IMG/VR virus record: IMGVR_UViG_3300040960_000562
Location: 1 to 55,214 of that record
DNA from: a virus
Lineage: Duplodnaviria > Caudoviricetes
DNA length: 55,214 nt
Reading direction: 5' to 3' (one strand)
Part shown: piece after piece, positions 47,257 to 54,167 of the stretch
Layout: each line of letters begins with the position of its first letter
Position numbering within the stretch: the stretch's first letter is position 1
The notes under the pieces: generated by a model
The model's input: only the letters and a program-made list of their open reading frames with translations
What the model was told of the DNA's origin: nothing
Databases searched by the model: none
Program-made: the position numbers and the translations under genes

Positions 47257-47554
47257 ATTCTAATGGGTTGAGTTTGAGTGGCATAGATGTGTAAGGAGTT
47301 GTAGAGTTAATATCTACTACATCTCCTACGGTTTTTGAGTTGATAGGGGAATGGAAACGTTTTGTTTTTGTATTGTAAAAGGCGTAGATAGTTTCAGTCG
47401 GAGCACCACCATTGTAGACAAACTTGCGATGACACAACAACCAAACAGCAACAATGTTGCTCTTGAAGGGTGATGCCTTGTACTCATATCCTTTAGGTGC
47501 CTGATGTGGTATCAGGGACAGCACGGAGTCGGTTAGGGTTTGTTCCTTCACCAA
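47240..47554 (-). CDS. Hypothetical protein (start uncertain)
   Basis: PH.APKGY.Y, FHSPIN and TTPYTSM motifs. Confidence 0.65.
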   Translation of the reverse strand: MVKEQTLTDSVLSLIPHQAPKGYEYKASPFKSNIVAVWLLCHRKFVYNGGAPTETIYAFYNTKTKRFHSPINSKTVGDVVDINSTTPYTSMPLKLNPLEYALYA

Positions 47555-47672
47555 TCAGTTCCTCTAATAATGCTTTTGCCTGGTCTTTGTTCAGTTTGGT
47601 AGAGTTACCTGGGACAACTTCCCATCCAGTTGTCACAAACTCTTCGACACGATACAGTTTCTCTTCAGTCAT
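47493..47672 (-). CDS. Small hypothetical protein (59 aa)
   Basis: MTEEKLYRVEEFVTTGWE...GTNPNRLRA; fills the gap between neighbours. Confidence 0.65.
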   Translation of the reverse strand: MTEEKLYRVEEFVTTGWEVVPGNSTKLNKDQAKALLEELIGEGTNPNRLRAVPDTTSGT

Positions 47673-47674
47673 TG

Positions 47675-47908
47675 TTATGTGGTAAATGTTTCTACAATGC
47701 CCGACTCTTCATCATTTGCTAACTGAAATGTGATAGCAGTCGTAACCTTTTCCATGATCAGGTTGTCGTATTTATCATCAGCATCATGGCGCCACTCAAG
47801 CAGAATATCATGGCACTCAACATCATTCTCAGCGATGACTGTTAATAAACCACCATACTCAGAGGTTGGAAATGGCACCCAGTAGTCTACCAGATAAAGA
47901 TACTTCAT
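47675..47908 (-). CDS. Hypothetical protein
   Basis: MKYLYLVDYWVPFPTSEYGG... Confidence 0.7.
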   Translation of the reverse strand: MKYLYLVDYWVPFPTSEYGGLLTVIAENDVECHDILLEWRHDADDKYDNLIMEKVTTAITFQLANDEESGIVETFTT

Positions 47909-47921
47909 TAGTGTGTGTAAG

Positions 47922-48101
47922 TTACTCCTCAACTTTACTATAGTGTTTGCTGTTTGTCAATAATGACAGTTGACGGTTGAGTTCGACTTGTACTCCAATC
48001 AGTTTGTTTCGCATGAAACTTTCATACTGGTTGCCCTGTAACAGTGACAGAATGTTATTGGTTTGCATAATCGCCAAATGCAACTTTGCCTCATGGTTCA
48101 C
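47922..48101 (-). CDS. Small hypothetical protein (59 aa, GTG start)
   Basis: GGAG SD; GTGA overlap with the upstream stop. Confidence 0.6.
   Translation of the reverse strand: MNHEAKLHLAIMQTNNILSLLQGNQYESFMRNKLIGVQVELNRQLSLLTNSKHYSKVEE
47932..47960 (-). promoter_or_regulatory. Sigma70-type promoter TTGACA-N17-TAAAGT
   Basis: Perfect -35 and canonical spacing. Confidence 0.6.
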
Positions 48102-48241
48102 AGAAACTCCTCCATCAAATAGTCTACAGTGATCTCCATCTTAGCAGCACTGTTCTCCAGAAACTCATCCATAAGTTCAGGAGCATCTTCTTGCATCACT
48201 GCTAAAGTCTGATACCACAGTTTAGTAGGAAGGGATGACAT
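48098..48241 (-). CDS. Small acidic protein
   Basis: MSSLPTKLW...AAKMEITVDYLMEEFL. Confidence 0.6.
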   Translation of the reverse strand: MSSLPTKLWYQTLAVMQEDAPELMDEFLENSAAKMEITVDYLMEEFL

Positions 48242-48425
48242 CGTTTCGGAGTCCTGTTTCTGTTCGGTCAAGAGTTTGCCAAACTGAGTGGAGTCGTTCG
48301 TAGAGTGCTGCTGTTGATCCATACTCTTTTGCGATGAGGTTTTCGTCACGGTGTTGTAGCAACTGCAATGCAGATAGAATAACTCCTATCTCATGCACGT
48401 TTAAGTTGACATTTGCGTCAGTCAT
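48222..48425 (-). CDS. Small hypothetical protein
   Basis: 67 aa; GGAGGAG SD. Confidence 0.7.
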   Translation of the reverse strand: MTDANVNLNVHEIGVILSALQLLQHRDENLIAKEYGSTAALYERLHSVWQTLDRTETGLRNDVIPSY

Positions 48426-48448
48426 TCTCCTCCATAGGAACTACTCCA

Positions 48449-48649
48449 TTATACCACATCTGCGAAGTTTGGCACCCACCACACTTGACATTCTTCACCA
48501 TCAAACCACTCACCAAACTCCTCAAAGACTGCACGACAGTTATCTTCTTCGTCCGCCTCAGCAAAACATTCACACAGTCGGAACATATCCTCACTGATAC
48601 TATCAATGAGTTCCATACGGTCGTCCATCGTCATTTCGGAGTTGTTCAT
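48449..48649 (-). CDS. Small acidic protein
   Basis: 66 aa, D/E-rich. Confidence 0.65.
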   Translation of the reverse strand: MNNSEMTMDDRMELIDSISEDMFRLCECFAEADEEDNCRAVFEEFGEWFDGEECQVWWVPNFADVV

Positions 48650-48650
48650 G

Positions 48651-48791
48651 TCAGTAAGTCAGTGAAGAGGACAGTTTTTCGTGAATTGAAACTAAGTCAA
48701 AGACATGATGTTCTGACTCAGATAAGTCTTGCGACTCAAGAAGTTGCAGGAGAATCTGTATCTCCTTCTGCGAAAGTTCCAAGGTTTCCAT
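48651..48791 (-). CDS. Small hypothetical protein (46 aa)
   Basis: METLELSQKEIQILL...; TGATG overlap with the upstream gene. Confidence 0.55.
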   Translation of the reverse strand: METLELSQKEIQILLQLLESQDLSESEHHVFDLVSIHEKLSSSLTY

Positions 48792-49027
48792 CACTCAACG
48801 GGCATCAAACCCTCTAGCACTTCCTCATCATAGAGGTCAATAACCTCTTCCTTAATATCTTCTTCAGTACAGTCTTTGTATGCGTCCATCAACATATCAA
48901 AGCACATTTGACACAGACTGTCCATGTCCATACCGTCAATGATCATGTTAGCGTAGTTCTCTTTCAGTTGGAGAAGTTCGGAGTCGTTCATGATGTTAGG
49001 GTCAGTAGGAAAAGAAACGAAAGACAT
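48791..49027 (-). CDS. Small acidic protein
   Basis: 78 aa; IIDGMDMDSL motif. Confidence 0.7.
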   Translation of the reverse strand: MSFVSFPTDPNIMNDSELLQLKENYANMIIDGMDMDSLCQMCFDMLMDAYKDCTEEDIKEEVIDLYDEEVLEGLMPVE

Positions 49028-49158
49028 CAGTAGTCGTAGTTACCGTTCAGATACTCATTCATGTCGAACTTTTTGTCAGAGTCTAAGTCCTGCATCTCAG
49101 GAATGTCAAAGATCTCACCAGGAGCGTCAGCGATCTCAGTGAAGAACTCATCAAACAT
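49027..49158 (-). CDS. Small acidic protein (43 aa)
   Basis: MFDEFFTEIADAPGEIFDIPE...; GGAG SD; follows a palindrome promoter. Confidence 0.65.
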   Translation of the reverse strand: MFDEFFTEIADAPGEIFDIPEMQDLDSDKKFDMNEYLNGNYDY

Positions 49159-49230
49159 GGTTGTCTCCGTTGGTTACTTAAGTAGTATAGGGCGTCTGGA
49201 GCACCTTGGAAGCGGTACTGTGCCAGTTCC

Positions 49231-50136
49231 TCAACTGGTCTGGAACCGACTGTTCTGGAAGTTGGCGCGACTGAACGCCTCCCGCTGGACTAATTTGAAC
49301 ATGCCGAACTCATTGGCATAAACATAACCCTCAGCATCAATACGATCGAAACCTACATACGCAGCAGGTCCATTATTGCGACAAAGTGACAAACAGTCAT
49401 CCTTAATTGACTTGACAAGTTTCCACAAACGAATTAGGTTGCGGTCGCAGTCGCAGGCGATGGTCAGTGCCTCCTCGTCCAGTTCGGCACCCACTTTTAC
49501 GAAAGTGTTAAATACCTTCTTCATTTCGCGTGCTTTCTTATCACTCACGAACTCACAGGTTGTTGACATTTGCTTGGCAAACATCACAATGTCCATTACA
49601 TCATCAAACTTGTCAGAACCATATGCGATCCATGCCTGAGGTTTGACAAACTTACAGTGATGAGTATCAGTCAGAGTGAAGTCCAATGGGCGAGCAACTG
49701 CATTGCGAAGATCATCCTCAGCATCATAATATGTGTGTGGTGCGACAATGATAGTCTCACGAATCACACTGGGGAAGACATAGGAAATGGTGTTAGGTTG
49801 ATACTCATCGCTACCACCAACACCGATAAAGTCACCCTGCAAAATCCACGGAGAGCGTGGCAGATAGTCATAGCAAAGGTGAAGAATCTCTGCTACTGGA
49901 CCTTCATGGTTAGCATCAATATCCTCATGCGACTCATTAATTTTGATCTTTACTTTGTTGAATACACTCTTAGTTCCTACGAAAAAGTTACCAGTCGCAG
50001 GGTTGCGTCCCCACACAATAGCAGGAGCACCATCAATCTTCAGACTCAACTTACCGTCAGTGACAAACCAGTTCAGTGCCGAAAGGTCACCAGTCAGAAT
50101 AGAATCTTCGGGGTGTTCGATGTGAGTGTTTTGCAT
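49231..50136 (-). CDS. Hypothetical protein with covalent nucleotidyltransferase (ligase)-like motifs
   Basis: 301 aa; HIEHPED, KIDG, LQGD, EGYV and FKLV in ligase motif order. Confidence 0.65.
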   Translation of the reverse strand: MQNTHIEHPEDSILTGDLSALNWFVTDGKLSLKIDGAPAIVWGRNPATGNFFVGTKSVFNKVKIKINESHEDIDANHEGPVAEILHLCYDYLPRSPWILQGDFIGVGGSDEYQPNTISYVFPSVIRETIIVAPHTYYDAEDDLRNAVARPLDFTLTDTHHCKFVKPQAWIAYGSDKFDDVMDIVMFAKQMSTTCEFVSDKKAREMKKVFNTFVKVGAELDEEALTIACDCDRNLIRLWKLVKSIKDDCLSLCRNNGPAAYVGFDRIDAEGYVYANEFGMFKLVQREAFSRANFQNSRFQTS

Positions 50137-50276
50137 CAGAATAACTCCAGTTGAGCAAACATTAGGTGGTCGTCACAACTATCAGAGTCGTGAAGGTCAA
50201 GCATATCAGTGTCAACATGCTTGACCAGTTTGCTGAAAAGAAAGTCAACAAACTCTCGGTTTTCTTGAGTAATCAT
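50136..50276 (-). CDS. Small acidic protein (46 aa)
   Basis: MITQENREFVDFLF...QLELF; TGATG overlaps at both ends. Confidence 0.6.
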   Translation of the reverse strand: MITQENREFVDFLFSKLVKHVDTDMLDLHDSDSCDDHLMFAQLELF

Positions 50277-50434
50277 CACCAGCGGAGGTAAGTGTGGTCA
50301 GGATAGATGCCCATTTCTTCACAACGGCACTCATAAGCAATACGCTTGAGCAACTCCATGTCCATGTCTTCAATCTCATCCAGAATAGTGTGACGGATTT
50401 GAGCGGTTTGAGTGTCGTCAGAAACGAGTGCCAT
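50276..50434 (-). CDS. Small hypothetical protein (52 aa)
   Basis: MALVSDDTQ...; AGGAG SD directly after a palindrome promoter. Confidence 0.65.
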   Translation of the reverse strand: MALVSDDTQTAQIRHTILDEIEDMDMELLKRIAYECRCEEMGIYPDHTYLRW

Positions 50435-50457
50435 TGGTCTCCTGCGTTGATGAACTT

Positions 50458-50517
50458 AGTATAGGGCACTCCAGGCGCTGCTGAGTGCCGTTGTGTGCCA
50501 CTTCTCAGACTGGCACA
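50458..50517 (-). promoter_or_regulatory. Early promoter unit: TGTGCCA-N10-TGGCACA plus TATACT
   Basis: Perfect inverted repeat at 50494-50517, 30 bp upstream of the -10 box. Confidence 0.8.
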
Positions 50518-50756
50518 GACTGTTGGAAATACAAACCAGTGCGCTTCATCATATCAATCAAAGCACTCTGAATGTCTTCCATTTCTTCACGCTCATCATC
50601 TTCCATTTCTTCGACAAAGTAGAATACATCAAACTCATTAAAGTTCACACTACCATCAGACTTAATGGGAGCATAGAACAACTCACCCTCAGTGCAGATA
50701 GTATAAACACAACCGTGATTCTCAACAGTCAGGAACACACCAGTGAAGTTGGTCAT
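50505..50756 (-). CDS. Small hypothetical protein
   Basis: 83 aa; stop lies inside the palindrome spacer. Confidence 0.7.
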   Translation of the reverse strand: MTNFTGVFLTVENHGCVYTICTEGELFYAPIKSDGSVNFNEFDVFYFVEEMEDDEREEMEDIQSALIDMMKRTGLYFQQSVPV

Positions 50757-50795
50757 TGTAGGAAATGCGGAGGTTTTGATGAGGGAAATGTGGAC

Positions 50796-51032
50796 TCAGC
50801 AGTAGACAGGAGAGTAGTCTTTGCCCTGGTACTCTTCCAGGTTAAAGTCAACAACCTCTGCACCGTTGGCAATATACTGACGAATGTCGTAGAGAGCGTC
50901 AGACTTAACACGGGTGGTGAAAGAAGTCATCTCAGTCTCTTCACCCTTGTGCCAGATGACACGCTTAACGAAACGCTTGCCGCTGCCCACGGGAAAGAAG
51001 TCAACGGTGGTGGCGGAGGTTTGGAGTTGCAT
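50796..51032 (-). CDS. Small hypothetical protein
   Basis: MQLQTSATTVDFFPVG...; ATG downstream of TATACT at 51057-51062. Confidence 0.7.
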   Translation of the reverse strand: MQLQTSATTVDFFPVGSGKRFVKRVIWHKGEETEMTSFTTRVKSDALYDIRQYIANGAEVVDFNLEEYQGKDYSPVYC

Positions 51033-51056
51033 TGGGCGTCTTGCGTTGATGAACTT

Positions 51057-51115
51057 AGTATAGGGTAGAATGGGGCGTTCAGAACGACCCCTGTGCCACT
51101 TGCTCAAGCGGCACA
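51057..51115 (-). promoter_or_regulatory. Early promoter unit (palindrome plus TATACT)
   Basis: TGTGCCA-N10-CGGCACA at 51092-51115, 29 bp from the -10 box. Confidence 0.75.
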
Positions 51116-51291
51116 CGCTTGACCTCCAGGCGCTTCCAACCACGAATCTCACGGATACCATTGACCACCTGATTCACCACGTTGTTGTGCTGACGGTTCA
51201 GACCACGGATGCTCTTAGTAGCAGGGCGAGTGATGTAGAAGATGCTGGTGGTGTTGTCGCTGTTGTCGATGGAGACTTCGTAAGCGTTCAT
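51079..51291 (-). CDS. Small basic early protein
   Basis: 70 aa between two promoter units. Confidence 0.65.
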   Translation of the reverse strand: MNAYEVSIDNSDNTTSIFYITRPATKSIRGLNRQHNNVVNQVVNGIREIRGWKRLEVKRVPLEQVAQGSF

Positions 51292-51317
51292 CGGGTGGTT
51301 CCCTTGACTACCTTAGT

Positions 51318-51376
51318 AGTATAGGGCATCCAGAAGGCGCTACAAGGCGAGGTGTGCCACCTCTTTGACTGGCACA
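51318..51376 (-). promoter_or_regulatory. Early promoter unit (palindrome plus TATACT)
   Basis: Perfect TGTGCCA-N10-TGGCACA at 51353-51376, 29 bp from the -10 box. Confidence 0.8.
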
Positions 51377-52212
51377 TAGTTTGTCACCAGAACCTCACTC
51401 ACGTCCAGCGTAGAGGTGCCTCTGCCTGCTGTATATTTTGCTTCCATCTCAATGATATTACATCCAACAAAGTTGCGCTCATAAAAACCATCGTGGATGT
51501 CTTTATTAGAGTACCCAAACTTACATCCAGAACCTGTAAGATAGTTTGCTAGTCTAACTTGGTCTTCCTCAGTAAAACCACCTTGATACAACACAACGCT
51601 GTCACGATACGGTGGGTCAGCATACAACCAGTCACCTTCTTGTGGTTGATGAGCAGCAAAGTCTCCAGTGGTGATAGTTGCTCGCTTCAGAAACTCTGCC
51701 ACAGTAAAGATCTTTTGACGGTCAAAGAACGCCTGCTTTTGTAGACATGTACCAGGAGGAGTTGAGTACCTACCATTACATTTAATGTATGCTTTCCACA
51801 TACCATTGAAGTTCACTTGTAGCATGAACATTAACAACGAAGACAGATAAACATCAGACTTACTCTCATGATCATGACAGTAAATCTCACGCAGTTCGTA
51901 ATAGTATTTCTTGCGTTCTTCAGGAGTCAGAGTCAACCACTTGCTCACACATTCCTGCCACCCATCAACAACATCATTGGTATGATTTGCCAGAGTAGAA
52001 TACAACAGAGTCAGTTCACCATTCCAGTCGTTGATAACAAACTCTTTCTTGGGATAATGTTCAAATACCCACAGAGAGTTAGTGAGACCACCAGCGAACA
52101 GATCGACAAAGCGAGTGAAGTTTTCTTGTGGAAAGAAGTGCGATTGATACTGCTGCATCATCCGCTGTTTAGAACCAGTCCACTTAAACAACGGTTGAAT
52201 CTTTGTCTTCAT
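51340..52212 (-). CDS. DNA adenine methyltransferase, Dam/D12 class
   Basis: 290 aa; PLFKWTGSK, VDLFAGG, VINDWN, YADPPY and EVLVTNY. Confidence 0.9.
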   Translation of the reverse strand: MKTKIQPLFKWTGSKQRMMQQYQSHFFPQENFTRFVDLFAGGLTNSLWVFEHYPKKEFVINDWNGELTLLYSTLANHTNDVVDGWQECVSKWLTLTPEERKKYYYELREIYCHDHESKSDVYLSSLLMFMLQVNFNGMWKAYIKCNGRYSTPPGTCLQKQAFFDRQKIFTVAEFLKRATITTGDFAAHQPQEGDWLYADPPYRDSVVLYQGGFTEEDQVRLANYLTGSGCKFGYSNKDIHDGFYERNFVGCNIIEMEAKYTAGRGTSTLDVSEVLVTNYVPVKEVAHLAL

Positions 52213-52233
52213 GTTTGCACCAAGAATTGATAG

Positions 52234-52262
52234 ATTATACCACGAATGGTATCAGTTTGCAA
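52234..52262 (-). promoter_or_regulatory. Sigma70 promoter TTGCAA-N17-TATAAT with extended TG
   Basis: Directly upstream of the Dam-like gene. Confidence 0.7.
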
Positions 52263-52755
52263 CCTCAACCAACAACTCTTTAGTGAGCATACTAAAGGGG
52301 AGAACATGAACATTCTCATGAATATCACCACGTTGCTGGGATTTCAACAACTTCTTGGTGAATAGTTTAGTACACTTATCAGTTTCTTTCTTACCTTCGG
52401 TGATGTAAAGTACGGTACGCTCACCATAGCAACTATCACGAAGTTTCTCCAAGTCGAAGAACACTTTCTCCTCAGTAGTGCCGCTCTTATCTCCACCCTT
52501 CAGTTCCAGGATGGCATCAAGTTCGGGGCAATATCCATCAGCAAGGAAATACTTAAACCCACATTCTGCATACTCTTCGGGTACATCGTGTTTGATAGTA
52601 CCAACGTAAGGAATACCAAGTTTCTCACATTCTTTCTTGGTTTTCACAAATGTGAAACCATTAGAGGTGAAGAACTCTCGTAACATTAACTCACGTTGTT
52701 GTCCAGAACGTGCAGCACCGTGAGCATCGGAGTTAGTTTGGTTCTCGTAAGTCAT
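52252..52755 (-). CDS. Putative PD-(D/E)xK endonuclease
   Basis: 167 aa; SG..RE helix, ADG...ILELKGG..SGTTEEK pattern; adjacent to an MTase. Confidence 0.65.
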   Translation of the reverse strand: MTYENQTNSDAHGAARSGQQRELMLREFFTSNGFTFVKTKKECEKLGIPYVGTIKHDVPEEYAECGFKYFLADGYCPELDAILELKGGDKSGTTEEKVFFDLEKLRDSCYGERTVLYITEGKKETDKCTKLFTKKLLKSQQRGDIHENVHVLPFSMLTKELLVEVAN

Positions 52756-52822
52756 TGTACTTTAGAATACTTTGTCATTATAGCACCCACACCAAACAGT
52801 CTGGGGAAGGTGATCCAGTTCC

Positions 52823-53281
52823 CTAACTGTCCATTTCGAGAGCACTGAATACAGTAGTCTGTGCTAGGAATAGAAATTTCATCATATCATATTCTTCCTC
52901 CGTTTGTTTGTCCAGTCTCTTATTCGGTTCCAGACTATTTCCCATTAAGATTGTTCCACCACCCAATCTTTTCTTACATAGGTCTACATTATCTCTCATA
53001 ATGTCCACACCATATAAGTCTTTAAGTGCATTCTCTTCACTCATACCATGAGCAAATACTTTCACCCATTTTATTGCTGTTAGAAACTGTCCATCTCCAC
53101 AGGCAGGATCAAGAACAGTTTTACCAGGAGCATAATCATTCAGGTCAGACTTCTGAAGTATTCTGATAACCAGATCTGTTGGTGTGAAGACTTCGGCAGT
53201 TACTTTTACACGGTATTCGTCACGGTTGATCTCACCCATGTAAGCATGATCATTCATGCGTTCAGTAACTTTATCCCACAT
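52823..53281 (-). CDS. N6-adenine MTase, SAM-binding half (motifs X, I, II, III)
   Basis: AEVFTP, VLDPACGDGQFL, LYGVDI, GNSL; no NPPY/F; start may be 53308. Confidence 0.8.
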   Translation of the reverse strand: MWDKVTERMNDHAYMGEINRDEYRVKVTAEVFTPTDLVIRILQKSDLNDYAPGKTVLDPACGDGQFLTAIKWVKVFAHGMSEENALKDLYGVDIMRDNVDLCKKRLGGGTILMGNSLEPNKRLDKQTEEEYDMMKFLFLAQTTVFSALEMDS

Positions 53282-54167
53282 ACTTCTCAACATATTTTCT
53301 TTCATCATCTGTCAACCCAAACAGCAAATATATCTCACCATCAGACATTTTACAACCAGTTGGTAGATTTGGCAATGCACAAAACACCTTTTCATTACCA
53401 AACCCAGACCACTTAGCAGTAGACAAAATATATCGTATCAACTTACTATTAAGGTTGTGTACTAAGTTCTCACCACATTCATCAGATAAAACTGGCACAT
53501 AATATACCATATCAGTTCCACCAAGAGTACCATTATCGTAGAATGGTTTAGTATATCCACTCCGCGACCACATAACCTTTTTCTTATCTGCCCACTCTTG
53601 CCTTATCTTAGAATACCAAATCTGTTTGTTTGTATGTAAGATAGGGTGAATGAACTCATCTCTCTTTGTTTTGCTGAGAATGTCAGTCTTTTTTAGAATG
53701 TTGACATTGTGACAAGTCACATAGTCATATCTTACATCAAGTCTGTCTTTACAGTTAAAGATTACCTTACGGTGAATAGACAGCGACTCCTCACATACAT
53801 CAGATGGTAAGTAAAAGACAGAACTATCAATTTTTTGGTGAAACGTTCCTGTCTGTGTTACAATTTCAGTTTTTTCGTCATCGGACTGGTTACGGATCAT
53901 ATAGTCCGCGAACGTGCTCCCAACCTTCGGGAAATAGGTTTTTGTATCTAAGTGTAAAAACTTTACCGCCTTAGACTGAAATATCTTAAGGATCTTATTT
54001 GATGGTGATAGAAAACTACTAGGAGAAACCTGAAGGAGAACTCCTCCAGGTTTTAACCAGTCACTGAATACTTTTTGTGTGAAGTCGATCCACAACTTGT
54101 GCTGAGTCTTCTTTTTGTTTGTAGAATCCTGAAATGGTGGATTCGTCGCTATCACATCAAACTGCAT
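53271..54167 (-). CDS. N6-adenine MTase, catalytic half plus TRD (Eco57I/TaqI-like)
   Basis: Begins MQFDVIATNPPF, then LKPGG...VSPSSFL, LNSKL and FGLTDDE; no motif I. Confidence 0.8.
   Translation of the reverse strand: MQFDVIATNPPFQDSTNKKKTQHKLWIDFTQKVFSDWLKPGGVLLQVSPSSFLSPSNKILKIFQSKAVKFLHLDTKTYFPKVGSTFADYMIRNQSDDEKTEIVTQTGTFHQKIDSSVFYLPSDVCEESLSIHRKVIFNCKDRLDVRYDYVTCHNVNILKKTDILSKTKRDEFIHPILHTNKQIWYSKIRQEWADKKKVMWSRSGYTKPFYDNGTLGGTDMVYYVPVLSDECGENLVHNLNSKLIRYILSTAKWSGFGNEKVFCALPNLPTGCKMSDGEIYLLFGLTDDERKYVEKYVG

Noticed and set aside
41232-51161. ORF-track N-terminal extensions (starts 41642, 43975, 44184, 44632, 45069, 47932, 48349, 51161)
   Set aside because: They run through promoter elements or upstream genes; downstream ATGs fit the promoters better.
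42655-52834. Repeated palindromes as a CRISPR array or integron attC sites
   Set aside because: Spacing is gene-sized and irregular, copies are degenerate, there are no GTTRRRY cores, and no cas or integrase gene is in the window.
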